From an uncultured Bacilli bacterium (GTDB lineage Bacteria > Bacillota_I > Bacilli_A > RF39 > UBA660), in assembly GCA_934098665.1 (NCBI GenBank), contig CAKOOO010000001.1, positions 106,752 to 170,751 on the forward strand: a DNA stretch of 64,000 bases. The letters are read 5' to 3'. The notes under the pieces were generated by a model. It ran no database searches and was not told the origin of the DNA. It was given only the letters and a program-made list of their open reading frames with translations. Shown piece by piece: positions 46,369-55,840 of the stretch. The first letter of the stretch is position 1. Each line of letters opens with the position of its first letter. The translations under genes and the position numbers were made by a program.

Positions 46369-47217
46369 CTATTCCTCTTTTAGATATTTTGCACTTAAAA
46401 AATAGCCTAAAATAAGAAGTATTAAACCTATAATTAACTCTAAAGATTTAATTTCATAACCAGTAATTAAAACAATTATGTTAATTATTGAGGCAAATAC
46501 AAAACCTACAATTGCAAAATATGTTTTAATAGTATGTTTTTTAAGTAAATAATTCATAAGTTTACTCATACCAATAATTCCAAGAAGCATTCCAATACCA
46601 AATATCATTATTATAAAAATATTAGGATTTAAACTATTAAAATGAGCTGTATCACTAATTATTTTCAAAAGTGGTGAATAATATCCCAAAATAACTAAAA
46701 TAGCGCTTCCAGAAACACCTGGGACAATCATTGAACCTGCAGCAATAATGCCCACTACAAAAAGCTTTATATATCCACTTAAATTGGCATTTATAACGGC
46801 ATCAGCATTTCCCCTTAAAAATGATAAAGAAAGTAGTAAAGCTCCACCTACTATTAAACAAATAATATTAGATACGTTAAACTTATTATCACATTTTTTT
46901 ACTATCATTTTTATGCCACCAAGTATTAAACCTACAAAAAATAATAAGGTTGCCACAGGATACTTATTAAGGGTAATATTAAGAAGCAAACAACATGTTA
47001 TTGCAGAAACAATTACTCCTAAAACAAATGATATAATAAATATCTTGTTTTGTTTAAATTTTGAAAAAAAGTTATTAATTACATCCAGAAGTCTTTCATA
47101 TATTCCCATTGTCATTGCAAGTACTGAAGAGCTTATTGGAAATATAATTCCAAAACCAATTATAAATCCTTGCATAAATATTAATAATGGATTTTCTTTT
47201 TTACTGCTCTTTTTCAT
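46369..47217 (-). CDS. DUF368-family membrane protein (undecaprenyl-phosphate translocase-like)
   Basis: Polytopic, with the DUF368 signature IVPGVSGSAILVILGYY. Confidence 0.75.
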   Translation of the reverse strand: MKKSSKKENPLLIFMQGFIIGFGIIFPISSSVLAMTMGIYERLLDVINNFFSKFKQNKIFIISFVLGVIVSAITCCLLLNITLNKYPVATLLFFVGLILGGIKMIVKKCDNKFNVSNIICLIVGGALLLSLSFLRGNADAVINANLSGYIKLFVVGIIAAGSMIVPGVSGSAILVILGYYSPLLKIISDTAHFNSLNPNIFIIMIFGIGMLLGIIGMSKLMNYLLKKHTIKTYFAIVGFVFASIINIIVLITGYEIKSLELIIGLILLILGYFLSAKYLKEE

Positions 47218-48283
47218 TTTTCACCTCAATTTCCTTGAACTCTACTTTATTTATAGAATCAAATTTTTTAGTAATTTTATCAGTTGTTGTTGAAAGTTCA
47301 TCAACAGAATTATTAACGGCTTTAATATTTTTAGAAAGTTTTGCCCATCTGTCTTTATATCTTGAAAATTCTATAGATAATTTATTTAATTCATCATGAA
47401 TAACTTTTGCATATTTATCTCTTTCCATATTTTTAATAATCATAGATATTGTAGATAAAGTTGATATTAATGTAGTTGGTCCAGTTATCCATACTTTATT
47501 ATTATAAGCATATGTAATAAGTTCTGGATGATATGCATTAATCTCCGCAAAAATTGCTTCCGCAGGTAAAAACATTATTGCTTCATCTGTAGTTACTCCG
47601 GGAATTATATATTTAGTTTTTATATCATTAATATGTTTTTTTACATCTTGAACAAACATTTTTTCATAGACAATTCTTTCTTCCTTTGAATATGCTCTAT
47701 TAACCATTTTTTGATAATTTTCCAAAGGAAACTTACTATCAATAGATATTGTTCCAAGAGGTGCTGGTGCATATAAAAGAGCATCAACAATATACCCATT
47801 ATCAAACTTAACTTGCGTATTATATATTCCACTTGAGGATGGTCCAAAAGCATTATTTAAAATGTACTCTAAATTTACTTCCCCAAATGTACCTCTTGTT
47901 TTTTTATCAGTAAGTACTCCCTGAAGTGAAATAATATCCACTCCTAGATCATCAATTTTCTTTTGAGCTTCATCAATTTTTGTTAAACGCTCTAAAACGT
48001 TATTGAAAGTTTTATTACTTTTCTCGAAATTCTTATCAAGTCTTTCATTAACCATATCATTAATTAAAGTAAGTTTTCTTTCAATTTTTTCACTTAAAAC
48101 TTCAAAATCTTTATTTAAACTACTTGAAAAATCATATTTAAAATCATAAATAGACTTTGTAATATCTGTTTCAAATTTACCTAGTTTTTCTATTATATCG
48201 CTATTATTATTTTTTCTTAAAACTAAAATAATTAGTAAAACGATTATTAAAAAAAGCATGCCAATTATTATGTAATCAATCAT
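47201..48283 (-). CDS. rmuC: DNA recombination protein RmuC
   Basis: N-terminal TM, a long coiled-coil, and the RmuC C-terminal region YIIPGVTTDEAIMFLPAEAIFAEI. Confidence 0.8.
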   Translation of the reverse strand: MIDYIIIGMLFLIIVLLIILVLRKNNNSDIIEKLGKFETDITKSIYDFKYDFSSSLNKDFEVLSEKIERKLTLINDMVNERLDKNFEKSNKTFNNVLERLTKIDEAQKKIDDLGVDIISLQGVLTDKKTRGTFGEVNLEYILNNAFGPSSSGIYNTQVKFDNGYIVDALLYAPAPLGTISIDSKFPLENYQKMVNRAYSKEERIVYEKMFVQDVKKHINDIKTKYIIPGVTTDEAIMFLPAEAIFAEINAYHPELITYAYNNKVWITGPTTLISTLSTISMIIKNMERDKYAKVIHDELNKLSIEFSRYKDRWAKLSKNIKAVNNSVDELSTTTDKITKKFDSINKVEFKEIEVKNEKEQ

Positions 48284-48684
48284 TTTTCTACCTTTCTTAT
48301 AATTTTTAATAATGTATTATCCATTTTTATAGGACTTAAATAAATTTCTTTACCATTTTTTAAAGTAATAGCTATTCTTTTTATCGAAGATGAATAAAAT
48401 GGATTAATATTTTTTATTATATAACATTTTTGAATATCTTTGTAGTAAATATTTTTATTTATAAAACCCGCCCTTATAGTTATATAATCTTTTGTTAAAT
48501 AATAAGTTCTTACATAGAAAAATATCATCATAAGAACTATTATAACAAATAAAGCCAGTCCCATTACAACATATAAAGTATTTACCTTTAAAACAAATAC
48601 TATTGTTAAAAGAGATAAACAAACTATAAAGTATATTCCAAAAAATAAATAATTAAATGTATCATAATAATTTTTAACCTTCAT
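48280..48684 (-). CDS. hypothetical membrane protein
   Basis: 134 aa with two N-terminal TM helices. Confidence 0.4.
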   Translation of the reverse strand: MKVKNYYDTFNYLFFGIYFIVCLSLLTIVFVLKVNTLYVVMGLALFVIIVLMMIFFYVRTYYLTKDYITIRAGFINKNIYYKDIQKCYIIKNINPFYSSSIKRIAITLKNGKEIYLSPIKMDNTLLKIIRKVEK

Positions 48685-49351
48685 TATTTACTCCACATCT
48701 AACATTTTCTACATAAAAGTTACCACTAAAGTTTTGTCCCTGAAGGGCTGCTTGACTTTCAGAAAGTAAATAAAATTTTAAGTTAATATTCCAAGACTGT
48801 GTTGTTCCTGAAGTGGTATTATCATTTATCACAGCATCCTTTACAACTGTCATCTTTTTATTTGAACAAGATGAAGCAAAAGAAAAGTTTTTTTCTTCAG
48901 AAAAGCTATTTGTTCCAGTACTTGGTCCGCTTATTTTTAAAGTAAGTTCCTTATCTACAGAAGATGTAACTGGAGTACTACCACAACCATACATTAAACT
49001 ATCACTTTCATATTCATAAACTATATCATATTTACAGTTATAACTAGACTGTGTTGAACCAAAAGTTAAGGTTACATTTAAGTTTGAATTACTATCCGCT
49101 ACAACTTCACCTACACTTTTTTCAATCATATTTGCAAGCGTTGCATGTAAATTAAGTGGCGCAGACGTTGAAATAAATGAAGTATTAAGACCTGCTCCAG
49201 TATTTACATTTACATTAGCGTGGTCTTTAGTATTTTGACTAAATGAACCAAAGTATGCAAAAGATGCCCCTATTACGATAAGTGTCAAAAAAGCCATTGC
49301 AATTAAACTAACTACTTTAATTTTTTTATTTTCCATTTCCATATTTATCAT
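48674..49351 (-). CDS. TasA/camelysin-like secreted protein with a SipW-cognate-type signal peptide
   Basis: The signal is MENKKIKVVSLIAMAFLTLIVIGASFAYFGSFSQ (compare G-G-T-F-A-Y-F-S-D of SipW substrates). It is homologous to 55080..55748 and to the N-region of 13241..14899 (PVTSSVDKELTLKISGPSTGTN, QAALQGQNFSGNFYV). Confidence 0.6.
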   Translation of the reverse strand: MINMEMENKKIKVVSLIAMAFLTLIVIGASFAYFGSFSQNTKDHANVNVNTGAGLNTSFISTSAPLNLHATLANMIEKSVGEVVADSNSNLNVTLTFGSTQSSYNCKYDIVYEYESDSLMYGCGSTPVTSSVDKELTLKISGPSTGTNSFSEEKNFSFASSCSNKKMTVVKDAVINDNTTSGTTQSWNINLKFYLLSESQAALQGQNFSGNFYVENVRCGVNNEG

Positions 49352-49385
49352 ATCCTTATACTAATATATTACTATATTTTCAAAG

Positions 49386-49424
49386 TAAAAAAAAGAACAA
49401 AAGTAAAATTTGTTCTTTTTTTGT
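49386..49424. terminator. bidirectional Rho-independent terminator
   Basis: aaaaaaa-agaacaaa-agtaaaa-tttgttct-ttttttt. Confidence 0.6.
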
Positions 49425-49434
49425 AAAAAATTTA

Positions 49435-50910
49435 TTAATAATATACAATAGTTGCAAATATTAATAAAACAGCTAACATTGCTAAAGCAAACATCCAAAT
49501 ATATTTGAACCATGATTTGTAATCAACTTTTAAGTATGAAAGACCAACCATTAATAGTCCACTTACTGGCATGAAGATTTGGGCAAGACCATAAGTAGTT
49601 GTATAAATAGTTTGAATTAATGTAACATTACCTAAATAACTTGCATTAAATAAACTTCCAACTGCATAACCAGTAAAGCCTAAATCTGCATGGAAAATGG
49701 ATGTTATAAATGCTACAACTGTTGCAATGTAAGGATTAAACTTTTTAGTTAAACCATAAGCCCAGTTAGTAAATGCTGGAATAAATGGTGTAGTATATGC
49801 AACAATAAATACTACATAAACTAAAACATATAAACTTACAGGTTTTAACATTTTTTTAGCTCCGTCACCGAAATTAGTTAAGAATTCATTAACTTTTTGC
49901 TTACTTGCTAGAGCAATAATAACTGAAGAAACAAGTAAAATTGTTATTAATGAAGTAAGTTCAAATTTACCAAATTCTGTAGCACTAGCTCCTAAAATGT
50001 AACTAAAGATTTCAAAGTCTTTACCAATTTTTAAACCAGTAAGCCACTCATGGAATTTTGTAAATACACTTATATTCCAGTTATCACTCCAAGCAACAAA
50101 TCCTAAAATTGTAAATACAAATAATACTGCAAATAAGATAATTACTGGAACAGTTGATACTTTTCCTTTAACTTCAACTGCAGCATATGGATCTATTTCT
50201 TCTTCTTTATCAGTTTTAGTTTTTTTCTTATTACTTCTTACTAAATGAAATGCAAGTAAACCTTCATATAAAACTAGAGCAACACATGCAATAATAACAC
50301 GGTAAATTAGTCCTGAAGTCATTTGTGTATTCATATAATAATGTAAGAAATTAAGACCATCTGTTCCATATGTTGCAGCACAAAGTCCAGCTAAAAGTGA
50401 ACCAAAAGTTACTGCAAAAGTAGTTAGTTTATTTGTTTTCATACTAAGTAATATTGAAACTATAAATGGAATAAATATTAAAAGTGCAAAAGTATTTTTA
50501 ACAAGTGAAGTTAAAATAACAATTATACTTGAAATTATTACCATAAATAAAGTTTCTTTACCTTTAAATTTTTTACTTATATTCTTAACAAGCATGCTAT
50601 ATGAATTAGTTTTTGATAAAACACCATAAAAACCGCCAAGAATAAATAAGTAAATAATTGATTGTAAGCCGAAATAAGCAGCATAATATAGTATAGATGG
50701 TATGTCTGTAAGACCAACTCTTTTCATAGCATATTCTGTATAAGTTGCACCATTAAATTGTCCATAAGGAACGATCCAAGTAATACATACTGCTACAAAA
50801 ATTGCTATTAAAATCCATTTGTATAAGTCACTATATTTGCTCTTGCAAGTCATTACTGCAAAAAAAGCAGCTACTGCAAGTACTAAAACAATTCCGATAA
50901 CTATTCCCAT
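49435..50910 (-). CDS. YfcC/DcuC-like polytopic membrane transporter
   Basis: 491 aa with about 12 TM segments and a charged central loop KKKTKTDKEEEIDPY. Confidence 0.6.
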   Translation of the reverse strand: MGIVIGIVLVLAVAAFFAVMTCKSKYSDLYKWILIAIFVAVCITWIVPYGQFNGATYTEYAMKRVGLTDIPSILYYAAYFGLQSIIYLFILGGFYGVLSKTNSYSMLVKNISKKFKGKETLFMVIISSIIVILTSLVKNTFALLIFIPFIVSILLSMKTNKLTTFAVTFGSLLAGLCAATYGTDGLNFLHYYMNTQMTSGLIYRVIIACVALVLYEGLLAFHLVRSNKKKTKTDKEEEIDPYAAVEVKGKVSTVPVIILFAVLFVFTILGFVAWSDNWNISVFTKFHEWLTGLKIGKDFEIFSYILGASATEFGKFELTSLITILLVSSVIIALASKQKVNEFLTNFGDGAKKMLKPVSLYVLVYVVFIVAYTTPFIPAFTNWAYGLTKKFNPYIATVVAFITSIFHADLGFTGYAVGSLFNASYLGNVTLIQTIYTTTYGLAQIFMPVSGLLMVGLSYLKVDYKSWFKYIWMFALAMLAVLLIFATIVYY

Positions 50911-51031
50911 ATTTTTTACCTCCTTAAATAGATTATACTACGTAAAATCAAAAAAAAAAAGTAAATTTAAGTATTTTTGGCTATTTTTAGGGCAAAAAAA
51001 AGCAAATGATTAAACATTTACTTCATATAAA

Positions 51032-52522
51032 TTATTTATTAATGTTTTTCATCGTTGGAAATAAGATAACATCTCTTATAGAATCACATTCTGTAAATAA
51101 CATACATAGTCTATCAATTCCATAGCCTATTCCACCTGCTGGAGGCATACCATATTCTAATGCTTCAATAAAGTCCATATCAATATCATTTGCTTCATCA
51201 TTTCCAAGATCCCTTTCTTTTAATTGTTCTTCAAATCTATCAAGTTGAGTTATTGGGTCATTAAGCTCTGTATATGCATTGGCAAATTCTTTTCCACCAA
51301 TAAATAATTCAAATCTTTGAGTAAATCTAGGATCAGATGGCATAGCTTTTGTAAGTGGACTTATTTCTACTGGATGGCCATATAAAAATGTTGGTTGAAT
51401 TAAAGTTTCTTCAACATATTTTTCAAAAAATAAATTAATAATATGACCTACAGTATGTTCATGTTCTTGAACTTCTATTTGATGCTCACTAGCAAGATTT
51501 AAAGCCTCTTCTACACTCATTTCTTTAGAAAAATCAATACCAGTTACTTCTTTAATAGAGTCAACCATACTAATTCTTTTCCAAGGTCCTGAAAGATTTA
51601 TATCATAACCACACCAATTATATTCCATTTTACCAATTACTTTTGTAGCAATTTCTTGATACATTGTTTCAGTCATATCCATCATACCCTCAAGGTCAGA
51701 ATATGCAAGGTATGCTTCCATTAAAGTAAATTCTGGATTATGTTTAGGGTCCATGCCTTCATTTCTGAAAGTTCTACCTATTTCATAAACTGCTTCCATG
51801 CCACCAACAAGTAATCTTTTAAGTGGAAGCTCTAAAGCAATTCTTAAATACATATCAATATCTTGCGTATTATGATGAGTTATAAATGGTCTTGCGGAAG
51901 CTCCTGTTAAAAGTGTTTGTAAAACTGGTGTTTCAACCTCTGTAAATCCACGATTATCCATAAAGTTTTGAATACATCTAATAATTTTAGGTCTAGTAAA
52001 GGCAACTTTACGAGAATCTTCGTTCATAATAAGATCAACATATCTACGTCTATATCTTTCTTCTATATCAGTAAGACCATGAAATTTTTCTGGAAGTGGA
52101 CGAAGTGCTTTAACTAAATGAGTGTACTCTAAACATTTAATAGTTACCTCACCTGTTCCAGTTTTCATTACTTTACCTTTAACACCAACAATATCTCCAA
52201 TATCTGCAGTTTTAAATAAATCATATGTTTTTTCACCAACATCATTAATTGAAATATATATTTGAATATTACCAGTTCTATCTTTAATTGAGAAAAATGA
52301 TGCTTTACCCATTTTTCTTATAAACATAATTCTTCCGGCAACAACCTCAATATCATTTCTATTTTCAAATTCATCATGAGAAATATCTTGATATTTTTCT
52401 TTTATATCTAAAGCATAACCAGTTCTTTCAAATCTATGCCCAAAAGGATCAATACCTAGATTTACTAAATTTTCAAGTTTATTTCTTCTAACTAATTCTT
52501 GTTCTGTAAAATTTCTTTCCAT
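51032..52522 (-). CDS. lysS: lysyl-tRNA synthetase (class II)
   Basis: N-terminal OB-fold anticodon-binding domain. Class II motifs FRNEGMDPKHNPEFTLMEAY and GGIGYGIDRLCMLF. Confidence 0.95.
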   Translation of the reverse strand: MERNFTEQELVRRNKLENLVNLGIDPFGHRFERTGYALDIKEKYQDISHDEFENRNDIEVVAGRIMFIRKMGKASFFSIKDRTGNIQIYISINDVGEKTYDLFKTADIGDIVGVKGKVMKTGTGEVTIKCLEYTHLVKALRPLPEKFHGLTDIEERYRRRYVDLIMNEDSRKVAFTRPKIIRCIQNFMDNRGFTEVETPVLQTLLTGASARPFITHHNTQDIDMYLRIALELPLKRLLVGGMEAVYEIGRTFRNEGMDPKHNPEFTLMEAYLAYSDLEGMMDMTETMYQEIATKVIGKMEYNWCGYDINLSGPWKRISMVDSIKEVTGIDFSKEMSVEEALNLASEHQIEVQEHEHTVGHIINLFFEKYVEETLIQPTFLYGHPVEISPLTKAMPSDPRFTQRFELFIGGKEFANAYTELNDPITQLDRFEEQLKERDLGNDEANDIDMDFIEALEYGMPPAGGIGYGIDRLCMLFTECDSIRDVILFPTMKNINK

Positions 52523-52579
52523 AATATCACCACTTCTCGTTTATTTTAACATAAATTATTTTATATATAAAGTGTTTTC

Positions 52580-52608
52580 ATAAAAAAATCTACCATAAAG
52601 GTAGATTA
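52580..52608 (-). terminator. Rho-independent terminator downstream of the NPETG protein gene
   Basis: atctacc-ataaa-ggtagat with a plus-strand A-run before it (a T-run on the minus strand). Confidence 0.55.
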
Positions 52609-52623
52609 AAAATTACAAATCAA

Positions 52624-53202
52624 TTAAATTTTATAAAGTTTTGTTCTTTTTTTAGTTCCAAAATATACACCAGTACCAACAGCAAGTCCTATAGCTACAA
52701 TTGTTAAAGGAAGGCTAGCACCAGTTTCTGGATTTTTAGTACCAGTAGAATTTCCACTTTCATATCCGATTGAACAATCTTCATCAGCGGAATCTTTTTT
52801 TACAGTTACTACTAATGAACCAATTTGGAAATTATTACCAGTATCAGTTGAACCATTTTTATCAAATGTACATGTTAATGTAGATGTTCCATCTGAATTT
52901 TTAGTAACAGTACCACCATCAGTTACATATTCACCAAAGTCAGAACATTTAGCTTCAGTAATTGCTTTTCCTAAAGTGAACTTAATAGTTTTTTGAGTAA
53001 CCTTATGATTTTCAGTATTATTTTCAAGAGTAATCATAATTTTGTATGTTCTTTGTTCATCTCCTGAAGAAAGTGTTGTAGTGGTAAAATCACCAGCATT
53101 GCCTGGAACATTAATTGTTTCCTTGTAATCAGCTGCTTTTACCATAAAAGGCATACATAAAAAGGCTCCCATAACTAGTAAATAACTAAAAAACTTTTTC
53201 AT
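52624..53202 (-). CDS. small sortase-anchored surface protein (NPETG sorting signal)
   Basis: It has a signal peptide. The C-terminus is ...GTKNPETGASLPLTIVAIGLAVGTGVYFGTKKRTKLYKI, that is NPxTG followed by a hydrophobic stretch and a basic tail. Confidence 0.7.
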   Translation of the reverse strand: MKKFFSYLLVMGAFLCMPFMVKAADYKETINVPGNAGDFTTTTLSSGDEQRTYKIMITLENNTENHKVTQKTIKFTLGKAITEAKCSDFGEYVTDGGTVTKNSDGTSTLTCTFDKNGSTDTGNNFQIGSLVVTVKKDSADEDCSIGYESGNSTGTKNPETGASLPLTIVAIGLAVGTGVYFGTKKRTKLYKI

Positions 53203-53288
53203 CCATCAACTCTCCTATCTTTATTATGACCTAATTATATCATAAAATTCAAAAAAACAATATATTTTTAAAAAATTTCTATTAAAAA

Positions 53289-54896
53289 GTGTCAAATTGT
53301 GTTATCATAATTAATATAAGGTGGATAAAAGTGAAGATATTAGTAAAAATTAAAAATAACAAATTATGTTTTATTAATCGAAAAAAATTAAATCCAGACT
53401 ACAAAAATATGCTTAATACAAATGTAATAAGTAATAATGAACTGGTTTTTAGTGATGAATATATTATTTTAAATCAAAAAATAATAACTACTTTTTTAAA
53501 TGAACTTGTTAAAACATATAATCTTTCTACTTTAACATTTCAAAATTTAGAGTTACTTTACATTTTCTTACCATTTTTATCTAAAATAAAAGGAATTAAT
53601 TCACTTTACATAGAATCAAATGAAGTAATGCCTTATAAAGTTTGTGAAAAATTAAATAAAATAAATATTAAATATATAAGTTTTGAATATATACCAAAAT
53701 ATATGTTTGAAATATTAGATAAATCTGGTCATATACCTGAGTCTAGAAATGAAATACTATTTACATCACTTTTTATGCAAACAAATAACTTAAACAATTA
53801 TTCATCAATATATTATAAAAACAATATTTATTTACAGTTTCCCCTTTCTTATGAAGATATAAATGATTTTAATGTATTTTGTGATATAAATAAAAATTTA
53901 AAAGTTATTCACATAAATAAACTTAATAAAGTTGATTTAGAAAAAGTATTAAAAATAATTATTTATAATAAAAAAAGAAATATTAAAATATATCTTCATG
54001 GAGATGAACATGAAAGTGATGCTATAGAATATTTAAAAAAGAATAATAAAGTATTAAAGAAAAAATATAAAATATCATTTTCATTAAAATACTCAAATAA
54101 ATATATTAGTGAAAATATTGCAAAAGAAACAAATAATACAGTTCTTCGAATGATTGCACTATTAATACTAATTATTATAATATTTTCTTTTATATATATA
54201 TTTTATGATAACTATAAATCTATGATGAAAGTTAGTAAAATACAAAATGATGTAGTAAAATATATTAATGCTAAAGATACTGAAGAAATAAATACAACAA
54301 AAGTATTAAATGGTTTAGAGGTTAAAAATAATTACATCTATTCTTTAAAAGATATTAATAATGATATAACATCATGGCTTAAAGTTAATAATACAAATAT
54401 AGACTATCCAATAGTTAAAACAGATAATAACTTATATTATTTAGATTATAACTTAAAAAAAGAAAAAGATCCTAATGGATGGTTATTTCTAGATTATCGT
54501 AATAGTGATGTTAAATTAGATGATAATACTATCATATATGGCCATAATAGATTTGTAAACGGTGTAATGTTTGGTACACTACATAAAACACTTTATAAAA
54601 ATTGGTATACAGATAAAGAAAATCAAATAATAAATTATGATACAGTTTATGGTTCATACCAATTTAAAATATTTTCAATTTATATAGTTCCTACAACAAC
54701 AGATTATATAAAAACAAATTTTGATAGTGATGATGAAAAACAAGAATTTTTAAATAAAATAAAAGGAAGAAGTATTTATGATTTTAAAGTAGATGTTGAT
54801 GTTAATACAAAAGTTCTTACCCTTTCTACATGTCAAAGTGATACAACAAGGCTAGTATTACATGCAGCTTTAATAAACAAAACTGATGAAAATTAA
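53289..54896 (+). CDS. class B sortase with a large N-terminal cytoplasmic extension
   Basis: The C-terminal about 200 aa are sortase B-like (NGWLFLDY...IIYGHN...TLSTC with the catalytic Cys in the TLxTC motif). A TM at about residue 285 (TVLRMIALLILIIIIFSFIYIFY) precedes it. The N-terminal about 280 aa have no recognised domain. It is transcribed divergently from the NPETG protein. Confidence 0.7.
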   Translation: MSNCVIIINIRWIKVKILVKIKNNKLCFINRKKLNPDYKNMLNTNVISNNELVFSDEYIILNQKIITTFLNELVKTYNLSTLTFQNLELLYIFLPFLSKIKGINSLYIESNEVMPYKVCEKLNKINIKYISFEYIPKYMFEILDKSGHIPESRNEILFTSLFMQTNNLNNYSSIYYKNNIYLQFPLSYEDINDFNVFCDINKNLKVIHINKLNKVDLEKVLKIIIYNKKRNIKIYLHGDEHESDAIEYLKKNNKVLKKKYKISFSLKYSNKYISENIAKETNNTVLRMIALLILIIIIFSFIYIFYDNYKSMMKVSKIQNDVVKYINAKDTEEINTTKVLNGLEVKNNYIYSLKDINNDITSWLKVNNTNIDYPIVKTDNNLYYLDYNLKKEKDPNGWLFLDYRNSDVKLDDNTIIYGHNRFVNGVMFGTLHKTLYKNWYTDKENQIINYDTVYGSYQFKIFSIYIVPTTTDYIKTNFDSDDEKQEFLNKIKGRSIYDFKVDVDVNTKVLTLSTCQSDTTRLVLHAALINKTDEN

Positions 54897-55021
54897 TTCA
54901 CCAGTTTTTGTTTTGCTCAAGTTTTCATCCGTACATTTTTAAGACTTTTAACCGTAAGATTTTAAGATATACTAATAAAAGGACAATTATATATTATAAA
55001 AAAATATAACAAATTTATCAC

Positions 55022-55052
55022 AAAAAAACGACCATAAAGATCGTCGTTTATA
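55022..55052. terminator. bidirectional terminator between the sortase gene and the TasA-like gene
   Basis: aaaaaaa-aaacgac-cataaagatc-gtcgttt-at. Confidence 0.55.
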
Positions 55053-55079
55053 TTATTAAATTGTTAACTTGTTTTACTA

Positions 55080-55748
55080 CTAATTAGCAACAGTATTACA
55101 TTTAACGTTTTCAACAGCTAAAGTACCTGTGAAACTTTTATTTGCTAAAGCACTTTGATCTTGGCTTGGCATGTTTTTAAATGTAGTAGCTAAAGTATAA
55201 ACAGCTGTAGTAGCGTTAGCTTCAACATCAGCACTGCTTATTGATTCACCAGTAGCAATAGTAACTTTTGCACCAGTTTGTAGTAATTCCATACTCTTAT
55301 CAGCACCAACTACAGTTTCAGTTCTAGTTCCAGGAGTAAATTTACCAGTTACAGCTGCTGGAGCAGTTAAAGTATAAATAAATTCACCTTCTACAACTTT
55401 AGTATAAGCAGGAGTACCAGTATATACTACATCATATGTACATGTAGTTGTAGCTGCTGTAGTACCAGCAGATAAACTAACTGTTAAACTACCATCACCT
55501 TTACCAGCTTCAACAAATTCAGTTCCTTCACCAGCACCCATTTTGTTATCAGGTACAGTATAATTCATATCTTTACCAGTAGTTTTAAATACTACTGATT
55601 GTCCTGAACCTGTAGTAACGTTAACGTTTGATGGTTTAAGATCGTCAGTACTAAATGAACCAAAGTATGCAAATGTTGCTCCTACTACTGCTACAAGTAA
55701 TGTAGCTACTGCGATAACAGTTAACAATAAAGTATTTTTCTTTTCCAT
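55080..55748 (-). CDS. TasA/camelysin-like secreted protein with a SipW-cognate-type signal peptide
   Basis: The signal is MEKKNTLLLTVIAVATLLVAVVGATFAYFGSFS. The C-terminus QDQSALANKSFTGTLAVENVKC matches the paralogs at 48674 and 13241. Confidence 0.6.
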   Translation of the reverse strand: MEKKNTLLLTVIAVATLLVAVVGATFAYFGSFSTDDLKPSNVNVTTGSGQSVVFKTTGKDMNYTVPDNKMGAGEGTEFVEAGKGDGSLTVSLSAGTTAATTTCTYDVVYTGTPAYTKVVEGEFIYTLTAPAAVTGKFTPGTRTETVVGADKSMELLQTGAKVTIATGESISSADVEANATTAVYTLATTFKNMPSQDQSALANKSFTGTLAVENVKCNTVAN

Positions 55749-55840
55749 CTTGTTTTCCTATCTCCTTTCTATTATAAATTTATCACAAATTATAATCATA
55801 AATCAAGTCCTTTTTGTAAGTTTTTAATTTTTTTTAATTT

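Noticed and set aside
46748-47399. Plus-strand ORFs 46748..47293 and 47187..47399 inside the DUF368 and rmuC genes
   Set aside because: They are shadow ORFs, antisense to two well-supported membrane-protein genes.
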